From the IMG/VR virus record IMGVR_UViG_3300010362_000015, positions 9,593 to 73,592 of that record: 64,000 nucleotides of DNA, one strand, 5' to 3'. Shown here piece by piece: positions 16,628-24,459 of the stretch. The position numbers and the translations under genes are program-made. The notes beneath the pieces were generated by a model. The model searched no databases, was not told the DNA's origin, and saw only the letters and a list, made by a program, of their open reading frames with translations. Numbering within the stretch: position 1 is the stretch's first letter; each line of letters begins with the position of its first letter. The stretch is from a virus (lineage: Duplodnaviria; Caudoviricetes).

Positions 16628-16677
16628 GTCTCGAAATTAACATGATCCGTATTAAGCCTCAAGAGTTTTGGGGTGAA
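16625..16677 (-). promoter_or_regulatory. repeat promoter copy 9 (no operator)
   Basis: TTTCACC-N9-TTGAGG-17-TAATTT-6-ATG; spacer lacks ATGCAT. Confidence 0.7.
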
Positions 16678-16973
16678 ATCGGGCGCTTGGGCTCCTCAAC
16701 CCGCCAGGGAGAATCTGGGCCCTGGGGCTCTCCCCGGTCGGCTGAATCGACTGCCTTTTCCTTTACGCGTTCCTGAGCGTCCCGCTGCCATACGCACGCC
16801 AGGATGTCTTCGGCCCACGTCACAGCCACCTCGATTTTCAACTTTCTTTTTCCGCCGATCTCGATGCCGTTGTATGTTTCTATCTGGCCTTGCAGCAGTA
16901 GCGTCGCCATCAAGGCCAGCAGGCGATTGTCAAAAGCGTCCCACTCTTCCATGGTCATAACCTTCTCCTTCAT
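16659..16973 (-). CDS. hypothetical protein, 104 aa
   Basis: ATG 16973; stop is the TGA in the -35 of promoter 9. Confidence 0.7.
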   Translation of the reverse strand: MKEKVMTMEEWDAFDNRLLALMATLLLQGQIETYNGIEIGGKRKLKIEVAVTWAEDILACVWQRDAQERVKEKAVDSADRGEPQGPDSPWRVEEPKRPISPQNS

Positions 16974-17272
16974 GGCTCCCACGGCGTCAGGGCGAACCCG
17001 TCGCCTTCCTCGGGCGGCTGATCCACCCACAGCGCCTCGTACAGCGACAAGCTGCGCGACACCACGCGATAGTCCAGCCTGCGCGCCTGCCGGAGCATGC
17101 GCAGAATTCGATCCGGCGAGCCCGGCGCGACCTCGCCCACAGCCACACGCACGTAGCGCCGGAGATCATCAGCGAAAAACTGGCGCCCGCGGGTTTGGCG
17201 CATGAACGCCAGCACCGCGCCGCCGATGCGCTCATTGACACGCTCGATGTTTTCCTGCTGCTCGGGGTCCAT
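16970..17272 (-). CDS. possible winged-helix protein, 100 aa
   Basis: APGSPDRILRMLRQARRLDYRVV pattern. Confidence 0.65.
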   Translation of the reverse strand: MDPEQQENIERVNERIGGAVLAFMRQTRGRQFFADDLRRYVRVAVGEVAPGSPDRILRMLRQARRLDYRVVSRSLSLYEALWVDQPPEEGDGFALTPWEP

Positions 17273-17276
17273 CGCG

Positions 17277-17531
17277 TCATTCCATTCCCAATTCCTGCCG
17301 CACTCCCGGCAGGTCCCTGAACCAGAACCGGCGCCCGTCAGCGGATTCGCCAGTCAGATGCATGCGAAGGATCGGGGAAGCCTTCCCGCGCAAGTGCTGG
17401 CGCAGCCACTGCAGGCCGACCACAATAAAGCCATGCGGGCTGCGCGGATCGATCTGAGGCGGCATGGCGGCGACTTCGCTCCGCGAGAGCACGCCGTCCA
17501 TTCCAGCCCAAGGATCGGGAAGGTCACTCAT
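17277..17531 (-). CDS. hypothetical protein, 84 aa
   Basis: Tightly packed in the operon. Confidence 0.55.
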   Translation of the reverse strand: MSDLPDPWAGMDGVLSRSEVAAMPPQIDPRSPHGFIVVGLQWLRQHLRGKASPILRMHLTGESADGRRFWFRDLPGVRQELGME

Positions 17532-17736
17532 CGTTCCAGCGGTCCATCCATGCTTCCATCAGCCGGTCGGCGCATGCGACGGCTTCCTGCGCGTGTAGAA
17601 CAGGATCATGATGAGCACCTGGGGCGCCTACCAGCGCCGCCACCGCCGTGAGGACTGCGCGCACCCAAAAGTCCATCCGAACTGCAGTCTGGGCTGCAGG
17701 CGCGAGCCCCGTCGAAGTTGCGGCCTCTTGCTTCAC
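17524..17736 (-). CDS. hypothetical protein, 70 aa
   Basis: GGAGG RBS, GTGA overlap. Confidence 0.6.
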   Translation of the reverse strand: MKQEAATSTGLAPAAQTAVRMDFWVRAVLTAVAALVGAPGAHHDPVLHAQEAVACADRLMEAWMDRWNDE

Positions 17737-17918
17737 TTGTCCTCCTCCGCGGCCAGCGCGATGGCCTCGCGCAGATTCCTGCCGGTGACCTCGCCCGGGC
17801 AGCCGGTCTTCTCGTAACAGAAGTTCAGGATCACTCTGGTCCCGGCGCTGAGGTCGCGCAGGATCTGCACGTCGTCAACGTGCTCTTCGGCCCAATCGAG
17901 TAGTTCCTTGTCGTTCAT
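17733..17918 (-). CDS. hypothetical protein, 61 aa
   Basis: ATGA overlap; acidic. Confidence 0.65.
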   Translation of the reverse strand: MNDKELLDWAEEHVDDVQILRDLSAGTRVILNFCYEKTGCPGEVTGRNLREAIALAAEEDK

Positions 17919-18205
17919 GGCTTGGCCTTCTTGAATAACTCCCTATCGACGCACGTTCCCCAGTGCGACGTGCCGTCCAGGTTGTAGATGCCGACGGCGC
18001 CGCTGACGTGCCGCACCATGTAGACGTTGGCCTTGCAGTTGGGCCCGCGACACACGCGCGGATCGCCGACCTTGCTCAGCAGCGCGCGCATGTTGGCCCG
18101 CCAGCGGTTCGCGGCGGCTTCGAGCGATTGGATCTCAGCAGCCAGCAGCTCGGCCCGTTCGGCCAGTGCGGAGGCCTGCGCCTCCAGAGCTTCGACGTCG
18201 GTCAT
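17915..18205 (-). CDS. coiled-coil plus Zn-ribbon protein, 96 aa
   Basis: CRGPNC...HWGTC motifs; ATGA overlap. Confidence 0.7.
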   Translation of the reverse strand: MTDVEALEAQASALAERAELLAAEIQSLEAAANRWRANMRALLSKVGDPRVCRGPNCKANVYMVRHVSGAVGIYNLDGTSHWGTCVDRELFKKAKP

Positions 18206-18423
18206 TCGAGACACTCCGTTCCTTCGCTGGTGATGGTCAGCTCGTGCAGCAGCTCGCGCGTCTTCGGGTTGCGCCACTCGATGCTGATGCCGCCGATCAA
18301 GTTGCACCGCACCTCGGGCGTCGCGTTCAGGACCTGTTCGGCGAACCAGATGGCCGCATCGGTCGGCGGCTGATCGCCGCAGCCGGGATCGACGCCGCGC
18401 AGGTGATCCAACTTTATGGTCAC
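18202..18423 (-). CDS. hypothetical protein, 73 aa
   Basis: GTGA/ATGA overlaps. Confidence 0.6.
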   Translation of the reverse strand: MTIKLDHLRGVDPGCGDQPPTDAAIWFAEQVLNATPEVRCNLIGGISIEWRNPKTRELLHELTITSEGTECLE

Positions 18424-18953
18424 GCCGCTCCCTTGTCTGAATCAGCCAATTGCTGCAAAGCTTCTTCGAGCATCAACTTGGGATTCGCATCCTGAAGCGG
18501 CTTAACAGCTCGGTGTACCCGATCAAATTCCACGCGCGAAGCGGCGACTTCTTCTTCGTGCTTCCGCAGTAAGTATGCATGAGAGTCCATCTGCCAGCCC
18601 ACCGCTTTGTAGTTCGCGACGAACTTGACTTTGTTGGCGCCCGACATAAAGCTGATCGCCCCTGGCAGCTCGATGCCCTGGAGGTTCAGGGGCAGCGTCA
18701 GTTGCGCTTTGCCATTGCGCGAAATTTCCAACGCACCCGAAGTGCCCAGTATGTCGTCGGCCCATTTGACCAGTAGCCGCAGGATTGAATATGCAGCTAT
18801 CCGACGCAGGAGGCGTTCCTCCTGGTTATAGAAGTCCTCGGCCAGGGCCTTGGTCGAAACGTCCGCTTTCACCTCCAGTTCGCCAGAGATGAAGCGCTCG
18901 AAACGCGAGCGCGCCTCCGTCTGTAGATCTTTGATGCTGCTATCTTTTTTCAT
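18420..18953 (-). CDS. hypothetical protein, 177 aa
   Basis: Coupled to the DUF3102 gene; lower GC. Confidence 0.75.
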   Translation of the reverse strand: MKKDSSIKDLQTEARSRFERFISGELEVKADVSTKALAEDFYNQEERLLRRIAAYSILRLLVKWADDILGTSGALEISRNGKAQLTLPLNLQGIELPGAISFMSGANKVKFVANYKAVGWQMDSHAYLLRKHEEEVAASRVEFDRVHRAVKPLQDANPKLMLEEALQQLADSDKGAA

Positions 18954-19777
18954 AACCGTTCATCGAAAAGTTTGAGTAACTCGACGGCTGCGCGCCGGTC
19001 AGCCGCCTTGAAATCGCCCTTCCAGCGCCGGTCCTTGACTAAGTCGGCGAGAGTCTCGGGCGAATCGGATGTAGAGGCGGCCCAGCGTATGAAGTCGGCT
19101 AGCATGCCCACGCGCTTCCAGTCGGCTCGCCATTGGGCCTGATCCTCAACTGTCATGGGCGGTTGATATACGCCATTGCGGTCGAGCGTGTGAGCGCCGG
19201 TTTCTATGGCTACCTTGCGGGCCTCTGCTGGCGACGGCAGCATTCTCTTCTGCTCGATCTCGGCCTGCTTGGCCACTCTGACCGCGTCGAACAATTTGGC
19301 AACGGCCTTGGGGGCGTCGCCCGTTCTGTTGTATTCGGCTACGACACTCTTCACCTCGGAGTGCGTAACCTTCTCGCCCATGTCCAGGCGGTGGATGACT
19401 TCGGCGCGAACTGGCTCGGGAGTCTTGGGGGCGGCGATCAGGTAGAGGGCAGAGACATCGATTTCCAAATTCCCAAAATTTGGGAGTTTCACATTTTGAT
19501 AAACCAGCATGAAGTTTTCGGCGCTTGATTTCTTCCATTGAAATTCCGCCTTGATCCATGTCAGGAATCCCAACCGCTCTTGATCCTCGCGACTCCGGCC
19601 CTTGTTGTACTCCCGCAGGCGTTCCTTCACTTCTGTCAGCCACTGTCCGATTCTTACGATGCCCGCAGCCGTCGCTCGCGCCGCTTGATGGATCTGCGCG
19701 GCCCGTTCTTTAACAAACTCGCGCGTGGATTTGTCCAGCGAGCCGTAATCGAAGGCCAGTTGTTCCGGCTGTTTCAT
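18950..19777 (-). CDS. DUF3102-domain protein
   Basis: IVRIGQWLTEVKERL...GFLTWIKAEFQWKKSSAENFM motif; start MKQPEQ. Confidence 0.8.
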   Translation of the reverse strand: MKQPEQLAFDYGSLDKSTREFVKERAAQIHQAARATAAGIVRIGQWLTEVKERLREYNKGRSREDQERLGFLTWIKAEFQWKKSSAENFMLVYQNVKLPNFGNLEIDVSALYLIAAPKTPEPVRAEVIHRLDMGEKVTHSEVKSVVAEYNRTGDAPKAVAKLFDAVRVAKQAEIEQKRMLPSPAEARKVAIETGAHTLDRNGVYQPPMTVEDQAQWRADWKRVGMLADFIRWAASTSDSPETLADLVKDRRWKGDFKAADRRAAVELLKLFDERL

Positions 19778-20073
19778 TCCTTCTCTTTCCTGAACTCGGC
19801 CCGCGCCTCCTCGATGGTCATGGGCTTCTCGAACTCCACGATCTCGACGCCCGCGCGCTCCATCTCTTCGGTGACGAGCTTCAGCAGGTCGCCGAACTCG
19901 TCGCTGTGCTCGTGGCCCAGCAGCCAGCACATGGCGTCGGCGTAGGCTTCGGCCCGCAGCCACTGCATGGGGTTCAGCGCATTACCGAGCGTCTCGGGGT
20001 GAAGGCAGTTCATCGCGAACATATCGTGCGCGTCTTGCACCTCGCGCTCGCTGCGGATGATCTTGCTTTCCAT
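19774..20073 (-). CDS. hypothetical protein, 99 aa
   Basis: ATGA overlap; protein-like. Confidence 0.7.
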   Translation of the reverse strand: MESKIIRSEREVQDAHDMFAMNCLHPETLGNALNPMQWLRAEAYADAMCWLLGHEHSDEFGDLLKLVTEEMERAGVEIVEFEKPMTIEEARAEFRKEKE

Positions 20074-20076
20074 CGG

Positions 20077-20580
20077 CTACAGGGGCTCCAGATACCGCAC
20101 CGGCTTGCCCAGGCATTCCGCGTATGTGATTTCCGCCGCCGTCGATGCGCCGATGTAGCCGCCGACGTTCAGCACCAGAACTTCGTCGGCGAGATCAATC
20201 TTGCGCAGGTGCAACACATCGAGCCGCGCCTTTTCCTCAGCTGTGAGAATCTCGCAATGCGTCCCCATCAGCGGCTCATCGACCGGCCCATGAACGAAGA
20301 AGCCGACCGTCAAGACGATGCGCCCGGCCCGCGTCTCGTCGCGGTTGGCCTCCTGGTATGCGCGCCAGAAGCGCGTCGATCCGCACAGGCAGACCACCCG
20401 CGGCTTGAGCGCGGCGATCTGGCGGGCCAGTTCGGGATCTCTGGTCTTGACGTCGCCCAGCGGCGAGCTGACCGGGACCGGCAATTCTTCTCGGCTCATA
20501 TTTCCACTCCTTTTCCAGGTATCGATCCACTCCCTGACGCTCATCGCCGGGCTGCTAAGGATCTGCTGCTTTGGGCTCAT
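20077..20580 (-). CDS. nucleoside 2-deoxyribosyltransferase-like protein
   Basis: VVCLCGSTRF...KIDLADEVLVLNVGGYIGASTAAEITYAECLGKPV motif. Confidence 0.7.
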   Translation of the reverse strand: MSPKQQILSSPAMSVREWIDTWKRSGNMSREELPVPVSSPLGDVKTRDPELARQIAALKPRVVCLCGSTRFWRAYQEANRDETRAGRIVLTVGFFVHGPVDEPLMGTHCEILTAEEKARLDVLHLRKIDLADEVLVLNVGGYIGASTAAEITYAECLGKPVRYLEPL

Positions 20581-20764
20581 ACACCCTCCTGAGGCCCGTC
20601 TGCTGTGCGAAGACCAGCAGCTTGTCGTACTCGACCGCGAAGCGTGCGCGTGTGCGCTTCTCGAAGATTTCCAGGTGCTGTGGAAACAACGTCACAACGA
20701 TAGGCCGGTCGCTCGCGCACAACGTCGCCGTCTCGCGCGTCACCGGGTCGGTGATCCTGGTCAC
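20555..20764 (-). CDS. hypothetical protein, 69 aa
   Basis: GTGA overlap. Confidence 0.6.
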   Translation of the reverse strand: MTRITDPVTRETATLCASDRPIVVTLFPQHLEIFEKRTRARFAVEYDKLLVFAQQTGLRRVYEPKAADP

Positions 20765-21114
20765 TCAGCCTCCGGCGGCTCGGCCCCATCGAAGAGGCTG
20801 CGCTGCCGCTCGGCGGGCGTCATCCACTCGTCGCGGTACTCGCCGTTGTCCCGGCGCACGAGCCGCTTCTTGCCGGGCTCGGGCGTGTCGGGCAGGACAT
20901 CGACTTCAACATCGATCATTTCGTAGCCCGAGAAAATCTTCTGCTGGAGGTCGCCGCACTCGCGCGCCAGGATTTTGATCTGCCCGCTGAACACCGCGGT
21001 GGCGGCCTTCTTCTGCTCTTCCAGCCGTCCCTTCTCGATACCCTTTTCGCTCAGCTCGCGGCCCATCGCCAGCTTCTCTTCATCTGTGAATTTCCGCGGA
21101 TATTGCTCGATCAT
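20761..21114 (-). CDS. phage hypothetical protein, 117 aa
   Basis: GGAGG RBS; helical N-half, RRDNGEY...ERQRSLF C-half. Confidence 0.75.
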   Translation of the reverse strand: MIEQYPRKFTDEEKLAMGRELSEKGIEKGRLEEQKKAATAVFSGQIKILARECGDLQQKIFSGYEMIDVEVDVLPDTPEPGKKRLVRRDNGEYRDEWMTPAERQRSLFDGAEPPEAE

Positions 21115-21281
21115 TCTTCCTCCAACGTTCCGCAGTCCAAACATCGGTGGCCCTTGTAGCTCCACGTCTCCGCATAGCCGTCAGGCGCATACACGCCGGT
21201 TTCGTACTCGCCCTCGACATACCGCAGGTTGGTCGAGCCGCAGTGCGAGCAGCAGGCCTCTACCTCCACCTCATCCGGCAT
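21111..21281 (-). CDS. Zn-ribbon protein, 56 aa (MPDEVEVEACCSHCGS...HRCLDCGTLEEE), not in the ORF track
   Basis: Read manually; two CxxC pairs; ATGA overlap. Confidence 0.7.
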   Translation of the reverse strand: MPDEVEVEACCSHCGSTNLRYVEGEYETGVYAPDGYAETWSYKGHRCLDCGTLEEE

Positions 21282-22260
21282 TGGGCGGCCCCTGCTCCGA
21301 TAGCGGCGGCTTGGAGAGAATCCTGTCCCGCACCTTCTGCCGGGGCTCCGGCTTCTCCTCGCCTTCGGCGGGCGCGTCCTTCATCCGCATGATGTCGGCC
21401 CAGCTATACTCGCCGTCCTTCAGACCGTTCCAGAGCGTGCGCAGTTCGCCCACATCCTTGGGCGTCAGTGAATCGAGGGGCTGGCCCAGATACTCCAGCA
21501 GCATCGACACCGTCACGCCGACCTTGGCGAAGCCGTCGATCAGCCTGCGCTTGACGGCATCGGGATCTTGGGTAGTGGTAGCGGCAAGAGTCTCATCGAT
21601 GACTTCGCGTGCGCGGTCCAGGATGTCGCGCGGCAGAAGCCGCTTGCCCTGGTCGCGGATCAGCTTGCTGCGCTCGGCCCCGATTAGCAGGCGAAACTCG
21701 TCCTTGGTGGCTTCGAGCAGATAGACGTCGTCGCCGTAGGTGTTCTGGCGCTGCCCGTGATGCTTGCGGCCCTCGGGCACAAACCTGCGCTCGACCAGCT
21801 TGTCCACCACGCTCTCGGTCGAGTAGCCGACATTGTTCTGCACATCAACCACGCCTACGGTGAGCTTGGCCTTCTCGACGTCCTCGTAGGGTATCCGCGA
21901 GGTAACGTGGACGTGCTGGTAATGCTGGATGGCAGTCTCGACAAACCGGATCGAGAAATCGATGGCGAAGCTCTGCTCCATCTTGCCGGTTTCGGCGTTC
22001 TTTTTCTTCCCAACGGGCTTACGGAAAAGCGCGATGTCGGCAAAGCTCGACCGGCGGCAGTCCTTGATGATGGCCTGCTCGAAGAGATCGATGTTCCGCG
22101 GATGATGCAGCGCATGGACGATGCGGGCCTCGATCTCGGCCCTGGCTTCGGCAGCCGCGGCGGCCACCGCCATCTCATGCGAGACTGTGCTCTCCTGCGC
22201 CAGATCCTGGCGCACCGTGACTTGTGATCCGCCTCTGATGAGGTCGGTTGGTTCAGGCAT
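21271..22260 (-). CDS. putative ssDNA-annealing/recombinase partner of the YqaJ exonuclease (family unassigned)
   Basis: TAATG coupling to the exonuclease; 329 aa; position typical of annealases. Confidence 0.55.
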   Translation of the reverse strand: MPEPTDLIRGGSQVTVRQDLAQESTVSHEMAVAAAAAEARAEIEARIVHALHHPRNIDLFEQAIIKDCRRSSFADIALFRKPVGKKKNAETGKMEQSFAIDFSIRFVETAIQHYQHVHVTSRIPYEDVEKAKLTVGVVDVQNNVGYSTESVVDKLVERRFVPEGRKHHGQRQNTYGDDVYLLEATKDEFRLLIGAERSKLIRDQGKRLLPRDILDRAREVIDETLAATTTQDPDAVKRRLIDGFAKVGVTVSMLLEYLGQPLDSLTPKDVGELRTLWNGLKDGEYSWADIMRMKDAPAEGEEKPEPRQKVRDRILSKPPLSEQGPPNAG

Positions 22261-23270
22261 TACGCTGCGTCCTCCTCTTCCTTCTTCGCCGCGGCCCGGG
22301 CTTCCTTCAGCGCCGGAGCCGTCAGCATGAATTTCCGGTAGTCCTTGCCCTGCCGGGTGTAGAACTCCTCCAGCTCGGCGTGCTTGGCTGGCTCCAAGAA
22401 TTGCTGTCTCAGGCCGATGGCCATGGACTTCCAGTCGGTGATCTTGCGGCCCTTGGTCGAGCGCCACGTGACCTTGCCGTCGGCCCATTCGATGCCCTCG
22501 CGATTCTGGATGGCCGACTGGATGTCGTACTCCAGCTTGTCGCGGCGCTGCTCCATCTCCTCCTGGTTCACGCGGAGCCACAGGTATTCCGTCAGCATCT
22601 CCAGCTCGCTCTCCTCAGCCGGTCGGATGTCGGGCTTCTTGTGATACGGGTATTCCAGGTTCAGCCACCGGCGCGTGATGTCGGTAGGCCGCTCGACCGG
22701 CACCGGCACGCGCTCGATGATGTGCTGCCGCCACCAATATTGGCCGTCGGCGAGGAAACGCGCGAACAGCTCCTGGTCGGGCTTGAACCAGAAATAGTGC
22801 ATGGTGCCGCGGTAGAAGACCGCCAGCAGCCAGTAGGCCCGCCCGGTGATGCCCAGGTAGGCCTGCACCTGAATGATCCACTGCCGGGGCAGGAGCAGCT
22901 CGTCATCGTCCACGAGCTTGATCGGGCTGAATTCGGAAACGAACTTGGACTCGACGCCGCCGCCGTCTTCGGTGAGTGCGTCGGGGCTGCCGACCAGCAC
23001 GGTGTCCTGGTAGCGCAGCGTGCGCGGCTCGGGAACGATCAGCTTGAGCTGGTGATCGCGCGCGGCCATCTTGAGGATGGCGGGCTCGAAGATGTCGCCC
23101 ATGTCGCGCTGGCGCTGCCTACTTGCGCTTACAGGGCCCTCCAGTGCGCCCGGCTCGCTGAGTTTGATGCGTTGCAGGTCGGCCTGCGGCAGGTCTGGAT
23201 TCTCGTCGTACAGGCTGGACAGCTCGGTCGCAGCGATCCCCTGGTGGCGCACTTCCCGGTCGAACGGCAT
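22260..23270 (-). CDS. YqaJ-like (lambda exonuclease family) viral recombinase exonuclease
   Basis: GIAATE, GDIFEP, GSPDAL, VESK and QVQAYL motifs. Confidence 0.9.
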   Translation of the reverse strand: MPFDREVRHQGIAATELSSLYDENPDLPQADLQRIKLSEPGALEGPVSASRQRQRDMGDIFEPAILKMAARDHQLKLIVPEPRTLRYQDTVLVGSPDALTEDGGGVESKFVSEFSPIKLVDDDELLLPRQWIIQVQAYLGITGRAYWLLAVFYRGTMHYFWFKPDQELFARFLADGQYWWRQHIIERVPVPVERPTDITRRWLNLEYPYHKKPDIRPAEESELEMLTEYLWLRVNQEEMEQRRDKLEYDIQSAIQNREGIEWADGKVTWRSTKGRKITDWKSMAIGLRQQFLEPAKHAELEEFYTRQGKDYRKFMLTAPALKEARAAAKKEEEDAA

Positions 23271-23429
23271 AGCTCTTCCTCAGGACGGGACGTGCTACCT
23301 CCAGCTGCCACTCACGCAGTTCGATCCACCAGCAGGGCCAGCAGAGCCAACGGTGGACAAGCCACTCGTCGCCCAGCTGGTCCCTGCAGCGGTCGCATAG
23401 CAGACTGGTAGCTGCTTCCAGCCAATCCA

Positions 23430-23717
23430 TCAACCTCTCCCGTTGGCGGATAACGTCTCGTCGTCGATACTGTCGATCTCGTTTACAGCAGCATTCTCGT
23501 TGGGCGCGGGCTTCAGATGCTTCATGGCCAGATCGGTGATGATCGTGCCGATGGGGGGCTTGCCGCGGCCCTTGAGGTACTGCTGTTGAATCTCCCACTT
23601 GATCCGCCGCAGAGCGACTCGGGTGACGGTAGCGTTGATCTTCGCGAGCGCGGCGTCGATTTCGGCCTGAGGCAACGTAGCCTCGATGACTGGTACAGCT
23701 TTCTTGGTCTTCTTCAC
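23430..23717 (-). CDS. small regulator-like protein, first gene of the leftward early operon (Cro/RHH-like position), 95 aa
   Basis: AGGAGA RBS and GTG; INATVTRVALRRIK...IGTIITDLAMKHL beta-helix-helix pattern. Confidence 0.55.
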   Translation of the reverse strand: MKKTKKAVPVIEATLPQAEIDAALAKINATVTRVALRRIKWEIQQQYLKGRGKPPIGTIITDLAMKHLKPAPNENAAVNEIDSIDDETLSANGRG

Positions 23718-23829
23718 ACAATTCTCCTGTCTGCGTTCAGGCCGTGGGAACGGTCGCCGCACCTGCTTGGTTAGTGAGTTAGCAACCCGCCAGGGATTCG
23801 CTGTCACTCAACAAATGCGGAACACCAAA

Positions 23830-23858
23830 AATATAAGCCGACACTTCGAGCGTGTCAA
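23830..23858 (-). promoter_or_regulatory. strong leftward early promoter with an overlapping inverted repeat
   Basis: TTGACA-17-TATATT; GACAC-N7-GTGTC at 23840-23856. Confidence 0.8.
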
Positions 23859-24402
23859 GCCATTTAAGTGCCTGAACGCAAAAAACTTAGTTATGTTTTA
23901 CGAACTACTTTTTTCACCAATTAGCAGGTGTTAGTGAAGCCATAACTCACCTGCTTACTATCCAACTTTTTTTCTGAAGTAATGGACCTGATCGCGTGCG
24001 GTTTCAACGGCGAGCTATGACTGCCAAAAAAGACGTGGCTAGAAGTGCTCAGCAAACAGCCGTGATCGTAGTGGGGGAGGTGGCAATAAAGGTGTGATCG
24101 CAGTGGTATCGAAAGAGTCGTTGCGACCACCTGTTGCATGGTGGGAATTATCCTATAAAATGCAGAGACAATCACAGGAGAAAATCTGCCTAGATAGAGT
24201 TGACTGTAACGTATGGTACATGGATCTGTCACAACCATTTCCACAAGGGAAACGCCCGTACCAGAACCACTTGGACTAATGGAATCAGAGGTTTGAATTG
24301 TGACTTGCGTTGTGGGTAATTCGGAACACTGTTACATATATTTCGGCGCAGCCAGGGCAGCCTTTAGCCAGGATTCATACCGGACATCCGGTAGGCCATT
24401 AA

Positions 24403-24443
24403 TTATCCAAAAACGACATGTTGAAGTTGCCGTTTCTGGATAA
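24403..24443 (-). repeat. 41-bp hairpin B, twin of 11753-11791
   Basis: 16-bp stem, fully paired on the minus strand with two G-U pairs; ends 16 nt before the AraC ATG. Confidence 0.8.
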
Positions 24444-24459
24444 CTGACAAAACCGTAAT

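Noticed and set aside
17355-17365. Partial operator CAGATGCATGC
   Set aside because: Incomplete palindrome inside a CDS, with no -35, -10 or TTCACC context
23119-23430. Trp/Cys-rich ORF (MDWLEAATSLLCDRC...) coupled to 23430-23717
   Set aside because: It has an ATGA overlap but runs about 150 nt into the exonuclease gene with off-frame-like composition; left unannotated
23921-24244. 107-aa minus-strand ORF in the control region
   Set aside because: AT-rich regulatory DNA, no RBS, atypical codon usage
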